From Bugula neritina (Eukaryota; Animalia; Bryozoa), in NCBI GenBank assembly GCA_964035545.1, contig OZ037765.1, positions 10,488,698-10,552,697 on the forward strand: 64,000 nt of DNA, read 5' to 3'. Under the pieces are notes generated by a model. It had not been told where the DNA came from and did not search any database. It saw nothing but the letters and a program-made list of their open reading frames with translations. Positions 40,901 through 54,199 of this stretch are shown here, in pieces. The stretch's first letter is position 1. Each line of letters opens with the position of its first letter. The position numbers and the translations under genes were made by a program.

Positions 40901-43900
40901 TGCTAGATTAAATGATTCAAGTTGATGTAATAAATCTTGGGTTGCATGCATAATGCTACAAGCATGCATTACATTTTAACTACTGAAAAAATACGATACT
41001 ATGTAACAAAGTAACATGTTTGTTTCTTTTTAGGTTACATTGACTTGGCAAAAAGAGAGTTTACAAATCCCACCACTGGAGAAAAGATGCCGCTAATAGA
41101 CGCCATTAAGAAAGGCTATATACAGGGTAGTGATGCTGAAATCAAAGATGCTATAACCTCCCATTATGAGAAGATGAAATTGGCTAACCTTAAGAAAGCT
41201 ATTATGGAGTATAGCACTACCAAGGTACGAATCTACCCAGTTGTTTGTATTATAAAAGGTAATACCTTTTATTAATGTTACTGTTTTCTGTGCTTGAAGT
41301 AGAAGGATATCCTACTTAGTCTACGGGCTTATTTTAACTCAGTGGGTGTAAATGCCACATAGAAAGTATGTAAGAATTCAGAGGGTTAAACATTTAGAAT
41401 GTATGCAAATTTATTTTCTGTTCTGTCCATGAAATTTTCTTATATTGCAGTGTATTGCTAAACCACTTAGGGGTGTATTATTGTAGGAATTTTCGTCATT
41501 TGTTGAGAAAGAGCATAATGGTATGCCTTTGACGGATGCCCTTGCTGGCAAACATTTAGACCCTCGGTCTGGTAAGTTTGTGGATCCAAGTTCGGGACTG
41601 ACATACACACTAAAGGAAGCTATAAACCACGGTATGCTAGATGGAGAGAGTGCTGAGTTTACCAACCCCGGCAACAAGAAGACCTACTCTTTGAAAGAGG
41701 CCTTGGATAGGAACGTTCTAGATAGTTATGGAAAGTGGACCAGCCCTCTAACAGGTACACTGAGACAACTTCAATCTGTTGTAAAAATTTGATGTTACTT
41801 TAAAATTTGCAACCAACAAAATCAGTGTAGCATACATGATTTTACTTGCCTTTGGTAAGGTTTTTCGTAAAATTGTTTTGTGTTGTTCATCAGGTCAAAA
41901 ATCTCATTTTGCTGATGCGATTAAAAAAGGGCATGTGTGTATGATTTCCACGGAGCAGACAATAAACAAAATGACAACCATTACGGAAATCAAAAAGGTT
42001 GAGGTGCAGTTCGTGATACATCCTGTTACAACAGAGAGAATAGACTATAACCAAGCTGTTATTGAAGGTAGGGATGCTGTGTTATATTAGTCTTGCAGAG
42101 ACTGAAATATAGGCTATAGACTATTGAGTGTAGACAATACAATTATTGTAGCTGTAGACATAGGATGTAATCTGCTAAAATATCTCTTTTTTTATCAAGA
42201 TTGACTAAATCCGCCTTCTCCAACTACTAGCCAATCACAACTGCATTTAGAATGTTGTTGAGTTTCTAGAATATATATTAATTTTAGATTAAATAAAGAG
42301 TATAAAAAATTTGTTGCTGTTCTTATTACTGTTTGTTTTAAATTTTTTCAGCAGTAGAAAAAATTTAGAACTCTTTTCTATGGCTTTTTGTGTTATTTCT
42401 GCTCTGTTTTATTTCCATATTTTGATCCATTATTTTAATATACTTACAGCAAGTCTTGAACTGTTGCTTATAGTTTCACGATAATATAAAATAGATAATA
42501 TTACAACATGTTACATATTAGCTGATAATATTAACACTCTTCTAGCCACTTTACTCCTTCAGTGTAAAGTGTAGCAGTTAGCCACATATAACCCATTGCT
42601 TAGTTAATATATTGAGCTGTATGCTAATTGGTTTTGCCATAAAACACACTCATATGTTATGAATTTCAACATTTCTACTGTTGATTAGTTCTAATATAAC
42701 CTGCATACCCTTCACTATATACAGAAGTGTTTATGTTAATTTCAAAGCTACTGTTGCTGCTAGTAGTCATTTAGTTGCTGAGTAAGAAGGTCTACTCTCC
42801 AGGTATAATATGATATTTAGCATACAGGTATAATATAATACTTAACATACAGGTATAATATAATATTTAGCATACAGGTATAATATAATATTTAATATAC
42901 AGGTATGATATAATATTTAACATACAGGTATAATATAATATTTAACATACAGGTATAATATAATATTTAACATACAGGTATGATATAATGTTTAACATAC
43001 AGGTATAATATAATATTTAACATACAGGTATAGTATAGTATTTAACATACAGGTATAATATAATATTTAGCATACAGGTATAATATAATATTTAATATAC
43101 AGGTATGATATAATATTTAACATACAGGTATAATATAATATTTAACATACAGGTATAATATAATATTTAACATACAGGTATGATATGATGTTTAACATAC
43201 AGGTATAATATAATATTTAACATACAGGTATAGTATAGTATTTAACATACAGGTATAATATAATATTTAGCATACAGGTATAATATAATATTTAACATAC
43301 AGGTATGATATAATATTTAATATACAGGTATGATATAATATTTAACATACAGGTATAATATAATATTTAACATACAGGTATAATATAATATTTAACATAC
43401 AGGTATGATATAATATTTAACATACAGGTATAATATCCACTGTGGATGGCATCTATCGCAACCCTGCAACTAACGATACACTCTCATTGGATGATGCTGT
43501 GAAATATGGTTTGATAAGTGGAAAAGTCATCGACACAAACAGAAAAACTGAGGAGAAGATTCTAGATTCCACCAACATAGTGTCTCACAGTATGGATGAG
43601 AGAGATGGTGGGGACAGCAAGCAATTACATGAGTCTAGTCTACACGTGAGTGAACACTATGCATATTAGTAGCTTTAGTATTAATTTTTAACAAGTTAAA
43701 ATAAAATTATGTAAAAGGACATTTTTCAAAGCTTTTCTAGAGAAGATGGTAAAGTTTTTATCACCTCATCTTATAAGAAATATGAAGTATAAGGTAATTT
43801 TGCAGGTTATTAAGTCACCTATGAAAAGCTATGTCATAGATACAGTGGTAGACCCACGCACTAATAGAACCCTTTCGGCAGGGGAGGCAATCAAACTTGG

Positions 43901-46900
43901 CATCATTGACCCAGCCACAGCCACTTACCACAACATTGTGACCGGAGAGAGCATGACCTTTGAGGAGGCCATTAAAGTGAGTCAAGCTCTTTATTCACTA
44001 AATGCTTTTAAATAAAATATATTGTTGGTGGCTCAGTCTTCGCAACTCTGTGAACTACGTTGTTGCAGTTAAACAAAACCAAAATAGAGAAATAACTTTA
44101 CATTTAATAATCAGCCATTTTAGCTTAAAAAGAAATGGTAGTGTACTAATAGTGCAATCATGTTGTTTAAATGGCAACGAGGACATCTGACTATTGTATA
44201 TATTCATGTTGTAGAGACAACTCCTTCGCTGTATGGAGACAACTGACTTACCAGACGGAGAAAAGTTCAATATTCTTGGAGTTATATGCCCACGTACCAA
44301 TCAGGAAATTTCGCTGTCTCAGGCGTTGGATGAAGGAGTGATTGATTTTGGCAGAGGTTTGTAATTCATTTTAAGGGTATTTCATATAAATTGTGTATCT
44401 ATAATCTATATAATAATATCTATATATGTGTATGTATGTATGTATTTACATTATATATGTATGTACACTATATATGTATGTACACTATGTATGTATGAAC
44501 ACTATGTATGTATGTACACTACATATGTATGTACACTGTGTATGTATGCATAAAATATTCAGATGCCTGATGACGGGATTTTTTATAAGAAACATTTGGA
44601 TTAGAATATTGCTTGGATTATACCGCATATTGTGTGCGAAGGTTATTATACCTGTTTAGGATAGTCTAAAAGCTCAAGTGTTGGGTAATATGATCACTGT
44701 ACATTTTGTAACACATGGAGACTGTATTCAGCTCAGTAAAGTGTTGTTACAAGCTCCAAAACTGTGGTAATCAGTTTGTAGTTTAGTAATTAGAGAGGAA
44801 AACAACTAATCTTACTTTTCACGAGATACCTTTGCGACTGTCAGCTGTGTATTATAATACCGATGCCTTCCTTGCATAGGAGTGTATGTAAACACTGTCA
44901 CCAGAAGAAACATGTCCTTCGCCGATGCCATTGATAGGAAACTGATGCGCTGTGAAGGAAGGCTACCTGAAGGTATGACTAATACTGTAAGGAATGAGGA
45001 AGAGGAAAATGTGACCAACGCCGTGTACACGGAGCAGAAGTCCTACACCATCACTGGAGCTAAGGACACTTTGACTGGTAAGATATTAGCTGCCCTAGCA
45101 GAAGTTATAGTCTCTTGAATAACTGGCATCATGAAAGTATTGAAAATGTAATATACGTATATGTTATAGGTGATTATACATTATTTCAGTAAGGTTATAT
45201 TATGCGTGAGTGCTAGTGTATATACTTGTTATGTCTAATTATTGAATGTGTACTAAATGTAAAGCTGTACTCACAAACTATGTTTTTATTAAATCATGAA
45301 GCTACAACACAGCAACGTATAAAACAGTCTTTAGTTGATTAAGTTAAATTATTTTTCATCATTACTCTGAGTGATGGCATCAAAAAATTATGGTTTCAAT
45401 CAATACATAACTTTTTAAAATGATAGCTGCGTTTATTCAATCTATTGATGTTAGAAGGTTGGAGGGCCGTGTAAATAGGTAATTAAAATGCTAATTGACA
45501 GGGAAGACTCTTGGAATAAAGGAGGCAATAAGAAGAGGTATATTAGACTCAGATCTTAGCACCTACAAAGATTTGCGTACCGGGAGGTGCTACACTATAC
45601 AGGAAGCTATAGACGAAGGCATGTTGGTGGCTACACTGGAAGATAATAAGACTCCTAAAGACTCTACTGGTGAGTGCATTTATAGGTTTATGTACATTTA
45701 TTGGATATCATCAATCAGTAATCAAAGATTTGTTTGCCTGTTTTACAATAATACTATGTATGGATTATTTTCGGAGCTGAAACCAGTAATTTTAATATAA
45801 ATTGCAGCCGCATGCAGGCATACACAATAGAAGTTGTCATTAACTTTACTGTACTAATATAGTTATAAAACTAATGTAGCGGCCATATTAATTTTTTAAT
45901 TTAAAAATACTTCAATGTTTCACATTAAAATAACAATTATGAGCGTCGTATTTGCATTAGCTATAATCTTAAAAATATTCTGCATACAATTTTGACAGTA
46001 TTGCATAACACATGCACAATTTTGTAGGTAGGTAGGCATACATTTGTTACCTTACCTGTGGAAAGCTTTGTGCACATGAATTTAATTGATTGGTCGAGAA
46101 AAGCTTGAACTTCATTATGTTAACATAAGCTATTTGCATCACATCTTTCCATGTAGTATATTTACTCTAGTATGCAATCTGTATGCATAGTCTACTGTTA
46201 CAAAGTGTATTATTAGCAGATATATATCTCAATCAGCATATCTCACTGCTAACACATTATTACGAGTCAGTGTGTGCTATGCTGTGTGCTCTTATACATA
46301 CAGTTTATTGAGAGTGGGATATGCTTAACACTAGATACTAACAAGCATATACGTCTCTCTTACATAATATTCAGTAACTAAGCATAATGACTTTTTATTA
46401 TGACTATAACTATAATAAAAAGAAGACTAAGTCACCAAACTCTGATGGATACTTTACAGACACCTCCATGAAAGTGAACACCACAAGGACATTCGATATT
46501 GAAGCAGTCATCGATCCAAAAACACAAAAAGAGGTCTCAGCCGAAGAGGCGGTGCAGAGGGGGATAATTGACGAGGCTACAGGTAATTGGAAATATTTGT
46601 GTGGCGAGTTTGTTTTGTGTATAGACAATACAACTTGGTAATGAATTCTATAGCTTACTCCATCAGGCTATTAAACAATTAAAAAATTGCCCAAGTCAAC
46701 AAAGGTTTGCTACAACCAAACTTTTTTACAATGAGATTATTGTAAGTGTTACAGAATGTTCTAACCATGAATCTAGTGGCATAGTTTTACTAATCAACAT
46801 GTTAGGTGTGTGCTGGTACGTTGAGCTGATTTTCTGTAGGTGACTATGTCAATGTGGATACCATGGAGAGTTGGAGTATGGACAATGCCATCAAACAAGG

Positions 46901-49900
46901 ACTCGTGAAAGCGAGACCCATACCAGCTAACGACACCGTTTCCTTCTCCATATGCGCAGTTGTTGATCCTAAAACAGGTAACTAGAGTGATGCTTTCTAA
47001 CAGCTTGTAGAAGTGTTGAGTGCAGTAATACTAAAGTAAACACATAACTTTTATAAACCATCTCTGCTTTGTGTAATTGAGCACTCTGTATCATATTAGT
47101 TCAAGTTTAGAGACATTTATAATGCTTAGTAAACTTTTCCTAAAGGTGAGAAAATGACGGTTAGTGATGCGTTGCGCCATGGTTTCCTTGATCGAGGTAG
47201 GAAGCACTTCTGCAACGCTCATACTGGCCAGCTCTACAGTCTGGATGAGGCGCTACACAATGGTTGGATTATTACAAAGTCAAATTATGATCGAAACAAG
47301 ACACAAGCAGGCTTTTCGTTTAAAGGTGGTTATTATGATTGTGTACATAATTATTACTAGTGCTCAATAAATTGTATACCTCACATATTTAAAAAGTATG
47401 GTTTTTAAACTTTTTTAAAGCATTGTTAGGCGATAAACTATGTGTTCCTGTTTCATTTTAGTCGTCGATAATAAATATCTTTATCTTTAAAGTTTAAACT
47501 GATGAATATTTTGAGAGTTTGTGCATGTCAAAGCTCTTTGAAATTCTATGGTTTTATTTATTTATTTATATGCAAAATGTTGTGTTATTCAATCAAAGCA
47601 GAATAGGTTGTTTTTTTCTGATACTTCTGCGGTAAATTAGTGAAGTTTTTACGAGTTTTCTATTGAAAAATTAAAAATTTTGTGCTGGACACAGGTCAGC
47701 CGAATCGATCGGCTCAAGCACCAGTCGGCTCTTCAGGTTTCCAGACTTTCACCATACTGTCTGTAACTGACGCCCGAACTGGTGAGGATCTAACTGTGGC
47801 TGAGGCAGTTAGGAGAGGCATACTAGATAGCTCTAAGAGGAACTACAAGGATACATTAGCCGGAGAAGTCATGCTCCTAGACACAGCGGTTAAAAGAAGT
47901 GAGTTGCTAATTGTAGCTCTCTCACTATTGCCTACAAAGATTGCTGTGACAGGCATATTTAGGTGTCTAAATTAGTATCATATGTAGTTGTGACACTAGT
48001 TTAGCAGAGTCTTGATTTAATGTACTTTTTTTAAAAGACTCAATTGTCAGTCTTAACTTTTAAAATTTACAGACTTTATAAAGCTTGGTCCATCATCTTC
48101 TGGAGTGACCAAGACCACATTCTCTGATGCATTGAGAAGAGGCTATATTAATGCTCAGACTGGGAGATACGCTTGCCCGAGTACCGGACAGGTGATGAGT
48201 GTAGATGAGGCTATTAGGAGAGGACTGCTTGTAGATGACACAGGGCATCGTCTTGGGGGAGAAGACATGACACTCAAACCTAACATTCACAGGCAGTCGA
48301 AAACATTTGAATCGGCTTTGAGACATGGCATGATTGACACACGGTGAGCCACCTTGTCTAGAAATTTTGAAAAATAGCCAGAATTTCTATTAACTGACTA
48401 GCGAGTGGTGAAAAGAGAGTCACCTTATTCCGTTAGTGTTATATTGGTTTTCAGCTAGGTGTGATTAGAAAACCTGAAATTTAACAAGTCTACTCAACAT
48501 CATAATTTTTAAGTGAGTTGTCAAAATATAAGTTTAACAACGTAGAAAAACTACAAAAATGTTGAAAGAACAGTATTGCTAATAAAGTACCACGATTTAA
48601 TCTCATTTATTGCTTTCACACTACACTTTTGCTATTCCATATGTTTATATGTTTATATCAGTATTTATGTTAGTATTCAATAAATCTCAAATTTTCCAGT
48701 AATTAAAAAAGTGTGCAAAAGCAGAGAATCATCAAATTTGTTCTCATATTTACTGTTGAAACACTCTTGACTGAAGGCTTATTGAGAATCAACTATCGCT
48801 TGCACTGAAAAGCAACATGGTGTCTTTTAAATAAATTATGATTCATAACAACTTGGTACAACTTAGTGAATATAATATGATGCTAAGTTTTTCATGCACC
48901 TCATAATTCCTGATTGAATGCTCATCTGTTAACCTCTTTATATTTTCTGTTATTTGAAGCTCTGGTAAATACTTGAACCCTGAGTCAGGGGAGGCAATGA
49001 CCTTAGGCCGAGCTGTGAACCAGGGACATTTAGCACCAAAGACACAGTGGAGGGCTTATAAAACCCAACAGCATCAGCAAACCCAGCAGCAATTTGCCGG
49101 ACCACCTTCTCCTGGCAGCGTTATTAGCTCAGCGACCTACAAGGTACTAATGCTCTAGTTCTTCATTTGCTTGATCATAGTTGTTGGTTTTGTACAGATT
49201 TGTGCGAACACACTGTTTACTATAATATTAAAAATCTTTTCACAATTTGTTTTGTTTTGTAGCAAAATGGAGAACCAGTATACTCTACAATACATAAGAC
49301 TCGAACAATGAGCTCTACTCCACATAGTGAAGGTGGCCCCATTGATATCTACACAGCTAGAGATCGAGGACTACTGAATATGCAAGCAGGGGAGGTAACT
49401 CTACCACAGTATGGCACCAGCATGCTCATTGATGATGCTCTTTTGCAAGGTAAGCAATACATTACTGCACAATAAAATACTCTATTCTACCAGATTTAGT
49501 TTTATGTAGTATATTATATACCAACATTTATATGAACATGATTCAATATAAAATTATACATCTAGTCATATAGAAATTATAAGTATCTCATCCATAATAA
49601 ACACTTGGGGGTTGATTTTAACCATTTAATTACCAATTGCTTTTCTTTGAGAAATATATTTGATCACAATGCCAACAGAACCTTTCTCATTTTAATCAAG
49701 TGTAGGATAAACTTATTAAGAAGACAACTCTATAGCCTGCTGCATCTCCTACAACATTTTTAATGCAGATAATACTGTAGATCAGTTTTATATGCTTTGT
49801 ATTTCATTTTCATATTTCAACTAACTATCTCTTTGTAATTCACTGTTGATTATGCACAGTTTTTAAACGTATAGATTAATGTATCTAGAAACTGTACAGA

Positions 49901-51679
49901 GATTGTGTTGCAAGAATTATAATTATTGTAAATCTTAAAACTTGATTATGAGTATATGGCTATGTAAGGTTAGCGTTTTTCTAATATATAACCTGTAATA
50001 TCCAATTATTTATTAGTCAACTTTGAACTCTATCTATAACCATCGTTTTTTATTATATTAGTAAATATAACTTATAAGTATGTATAAGCAGCGTGTTTTA
50101 TCTAAAATATATGAATATACATAGTATGAGGAAATATCTTTTCACTTACAGGTTTAATAGTGACAGCAGTGCCTTTGAATATAATACTAAGTAAGCCAGC
50201 ATCACCCTCTGCACTTTCTGTGCACCAGGCAATCCAGCAAGGTCTTGTGAACCCCCTGACACTGGCTGTACAGAGTGGTGGCGGACAGTTTATCTCTTTT
50301 GAAGATGCCTTAGCTGCAGGCCTTCTTTATCCTAGAGCTAGCAGTTCAATAAGACAAGACAGCTCTTTTGTTAGAGATGGCTCTTTGGCTAGAGAGAATA
50401 TGAATATATCGCGTGCGGCATCTGTGCCCACTACCGGCGCACCACCTGCTGGTAAGAACTACAGCTACAGTTACAGGAAGCGCACAGCACACCATAGCAC
50501 AGGAACTCAACCTCGGAACAGAGATGTGGGGGTGATGAATGGCGCCCACATGGTGAATGGAGGAGCTCACCTGAAGCCTGGTGTAGGTACGCTGCCCCAC
50601 TCAACATCCACTCTGCCTCATGCTATGCCTACCACACAGCATAGAGTCTGGGAGAACCAGCAGCACATGCATGGTGCCGGGAATGTCCAACAGCCTGGGT
50701 TTGATAGCTTGCAAGGTGGTCAGGCTCAAAGTCCATTGCTCAATGGCAATGCTCATTTTGTTAATGGTAAGCTGTTCGCAAGCAGGCCTGGTTATAAAAT
50801 TGAGGGTGATGGGATGGTGGTTAACCTAATGAATGGTGAAGCCATGGGCTTGGCTCAAGCTCAAAGAGCTAACATAGTGCAACAGATCCCCGATGACGAA
50901 TATGACGCTGGGACCCTCCCACCCAACCAGTCAATGTACCAAAGGGTGAGCTTATATATCTTGGGTTTCTCTTTTCTGCTGAAAGTTCAGCTTTCCTGCA
51001 CATTGCCGTTAAATATGTTTGGTCTGACATGCATGTAGTCTCCCTGACTTACTTCAACTACGAAATATTTGAAAACTGAGAAAAACATTTCTTTTCAACC
51101 CAAAACATTGTCAGTAAAAGAATAGCCTGAATTTATGTCGATGCCTGTGATTATCCTGCTTGCTTTTGAAAGGCTATAGCAACTTCTTTCACTTTTGCTG
51201 GGTTATTTGGTTTTGCCACCCTAAAATAAACATTTTAATTTATTCTTTGGTTTGTTAGATAAAAATAGATATAGATGGCAGACAGCTTATTTCGTATCTA
51301 ACAGTTTCACATTCACCTATTAAAATGCTATATTCATTTAAAGCTCATTGCTTATGCAATAATCTCAATATTAGTAGATAAGTCAGTCGGGATGGGACTG
51401 GCTGTCTGCATGTAACTACTATATTATAAGGTTGTCAACTTACCATTTGCTGTGGTGTGTGTTGTTTAGGACGTGCTGCCACATGCTACTGCTAGTGCTG
51501 CCTCTCACCTATCTGCTGATGCTATAGCCACTGGGCTTAACTCTTTTCAACCTGTGCAGTCTCTATCAGCTCCTATCAAACCTCCAAGGGTTTCATTTGG
51601 TGGATCTGTTACAGCACCTCCTCAATCTGAGTTTTATTCTAGCCGTTCTGAGCAATATTATGCCGAGATTAAGCACTAA
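19935..51679 (+). CDS. Large plectin/plakin-repeat protein (epiplakin-like architecture), ~40 coding exons, ~2,800 aa
   Basis: Exons join in phase across GT-AG introns: 19935-19946 (MASQ, least certain), 23416-23665, 23896-24425, 24648-24806, 25079-25211, 26161-26369, 26577-26759, 28480-28683, 30252-30479, 31046-31299, 31959-32009, 32569-32767, 33510-33755, 34173-34356, 35665-35831, 36201-36387, 36694-36902, 37029-37223, 37502-37816, 37964-37999, 39489-39706, 40008-40156, 40487-40757, 41034-41224, 41487-41754, 41894-42067, 43428-43645, 43806-43976, 44215-44356, 44880-45077, 45502-45669, 46460-46582, 46840-46977, 47147-47325, 47695-47898, 48073-48343, 48960-49143, 49263-49449, 50152-50945, 51470-51679 (some edges may be 1-2 nt off). 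Recurrent motif V[IV]DPxTGExxSxxEAxxxG[IL]ID...GxYxNxxTGExx[ST]LxEAIxxGL. Confidence 0.88.
21655..22005. repeat. Compound trinucleotide microsatellite (TAC/TGC) with 18-bp higher-order units
   Basis: CTACTACCAGTGCTATTA units followed by (CTACTG)n, (CTA)n and (CTG)n; intronic; source of ORFs at 21500-22116. Confidence 0.95.
26047..26093 (+). mobile_element. SINE 3'-end fragment
   Basis: ATCAAGGGTTCTCACAAGGATAGCGGCCATAAACTTGTGTGAG matches the 3' part of the SINE at 30770-30980. Confidence 0.6.
30770..30980 (+). mobile_element. tRNA-derived SINE, intronic
   Basis: A-box-like CGGTTTAGTGG and B-box GGTTCGAATCC, followed by a non-tRNA core (GGTGATGTTAAGAAGAGCAT...) shared with 3645-3835 and a tail shared with 26047-26093. 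Confidence 0.8.
42801..43427 (+). repeat. 25-bp minisatellite (25 units) built on the 3' splice junction CAG|GTATAATA
   Basis: Consensus GTATAATATAATATTTAACATACAG; AG dinucleotides at exact 25-bp spacing from 42801 to 43426. Confidence 0.97.
44420..44550. repeat. (TATG)n / TGTACAC compound microsatellite
   Basis: Repeated TATGTATGTACAC units in an intron. Confidence 0.85.
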
Positions 51680-51795
51680 TGGTAATGAGTAAATGCTCAG
51701 CTACAGTTATCTACCCGTTAACTAGTACACTCGTTAACTAGCAGGTCTTTGGGTTTTCATTTATTCCTTATGTTATTCTGTTTTTAGTTCCATTA

Positions 51796-52182
51796 GCGTC
51801 GAGCCACACGGAGCGTATTTTCGCAGACGAAAATTCGCACCACAAGAAGAAAAAGTGTCTACTGTACGGAACCTAGCCTAGCCAGTGAAATCAAAAAACG
51901 ATTAGCTAATAATATTTGCATTTAACTAAACTGCTCGTCTTGCCTCTATGGCTACATGTGCAGGATAAGTTAAATTTTCATTTTTAAATCTCACTCGATT
52001 TCAATAAAAAGCAATTTGGAACGTAACACTAAATTAAGAAAAGTGGGCTCGCTAAATAACTACCAGCCAATTAGGTGACGACGACAGAAAATATTCGCAC
52101 TTGTCCTTTAGCAATCTCAATGCATGAAATTCGCGTACAGTGGACACCTTTTACCGAAAATACGCACCGTGTGGCTCTATGC
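51796..52182. mobile_element. MITE, same family as 131-474, in inverted orientation
   Basis: TIRs GCGTCGAGCCACACGGAGCGTATTTTCG / CGAAAATACGCACCGTGTGGCTCTATGC with TTA on both sides; internal CTACCAGCCAATTAGGTGACGACGACAGA is the reverse complement of the core of 131-474. Confidence 0.85.
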
Positions 52183-54199
52183 TTAGGCATTTGAATTTCA
52201 ATCAGATTGATTTTATTATCCTTGATGCACCAGCTTAAAAATGAACTTTGTTAGAACTTGCTTTCACATGTGGTTTCAACATTAATGTTATGCACTAATG
52301 CTGTTGATAAATGTTGCCTGAATAATATTTCTCTAAACTTTGTATTTTTCTGTTATTTCTCTTATTTCATATAAACCTGTCAATTTCAAATTTAGAGTTG
52401 TAAAGAAAATTTTATGGTTAATATTTTAACCAAACTGTAACGTTAATATTCTATTTTACAGCGGTACATGCGTAACACAGCGGTGTAAACTGGAGTTGCT
52501 TGACCCAACTAGTTATTGATAGCTAGAAATCTCAAATAAAACTATTTATCAACATCACTACTTATAAAAGCTGTTTAAAACACATTAAACTTTTTGACTA
52601 AATAATAGATGCTGGTGTACATAATATTATATTATATCTTTGGCTAAAATACTCATTTATTTATTGCTTTTCAACAATCTCAAAAACCTTGTCATTTTAC
52701 ATAGTTATAACATTGTAGAGCTGTTTGCTGTGATAGATATGTTAAATTTTTTGTTAATGTTGCTGCCCATGACTGACATATTTCTCATCAGATCTTTTAG
52801 CTTTTTATTCATTCTTTTCATTACTTGGTTTTTATCCCAGCCGCACTTGCATTTTCTATTTACATTTTATATATTTTGAATTTTATAGTTTTGAAGTAAA
52901 AATTAACTTTATATAAATGCTTTCTTGCTAAACTAAGGTTTGCTTAATTAATTGTTTTATTCGCCTTCTGTTAGTAGCTAGATATTTTAATATAAAAACT
53001 AGAGCTGATCTTTAATCTTTGATGTAATACAAGATATTATATCTATTTGATAGAATTCAAATAAATGGTGCTTTTTGGTTTGAGATGACATAAAAATAAA
53101 TTGTAATAAATTGATATTTATTGTAGCTGTGAATATAAAAAGTTATCCAATAATATTGAGACAATCCTTTGGTAAAAGTTGAAGTTCATAGTTTATACAG
53201 TGCAACATGGAAAAGTAGTTCATATAATATTATTGTGAAGTGTAGCAATGGTCAAGTATTGAAAAGCTAGCCTGGCAGGTTTATTAAAGTAGTCTAATGT
53301 GAAGTTGCTAATTTTGAGTACCTAACTACATATTTACACAATAAACAATTGGTGAGAGCATAAACTACACAGTTCAACTATTACACTTACGAGTTGCTCC
53401 ACTCGATCCCCTACAGTAGGTACACAAACCCCTTTACTTCATATGCATAGATTATAGGTTATATTGTATTATGTCCAATTTTTATCCGGATGTTCCTCGA
53501 ATATATTATATCACACTCTTTAAGAAGTCAATGTCATTGTTGAAAAATAATTGCATATCCAATATTTTAGTTTCAATAACATGTAAGGCGTCATAAACAT
53601 ACGGGCTATAACATTTACAGGTTTATTATCTAGTTTAGTTTTTACCTGGCTTCTCATCTCTTTAAATTTGAATATATACATTATACGAACAATTTGCAAC
53701 CACCACTTGGAGAACTGTACGCATTGCTGGTGAGCTTGTTATGAATGTTTAACCAGGAGTCTAGTTTGTCTGATTTGGTTTTGCTTGGAGTTATCTTTCA
53801 ACCTTCCCATTGTAGTGTCTCAAAACATAATATTATTATACACGTGAGTCAGTGGCGTAACCGACAGCTTGTAAAAAAGAAATCGCTAAAAGCAGCACCA
53901 GTTTGGAAATGATTAAGCATAGCGGTTCAGGGGTCTCCAGTTTGAGCTAAAGGTTTAGAGCTCTAACCAATGAACTTTAACGATGCGTATACAAATACGT
54001 ACGCATTGACTCCCAACTTAGTGCGGTTTCTACCGATATTCTTTAGTAAAATAAATTACAATGAATTTTGCTCACGGTATAATTTATTAAATCGAAGAGT
54101 CACCAGATGAATAATTATGTTATACTAATTATTTAAAGCATAACCATTAGTATAAAACTGTCAACATACCCAATAACTATTAAAACTTAGAGGTAGTAG

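Noticed and set aside
42801-43427. CRISPR array or coding repeat
   Set aside because: No spacers, and the frame continuing the upstream exon hits a stop in every unit; it is an intronic minisatellite.
53849-53875. CAGTGGCGTA, resembling a DNA-transposon terminus
   Set aside because: No matching inverted end or TSD found.
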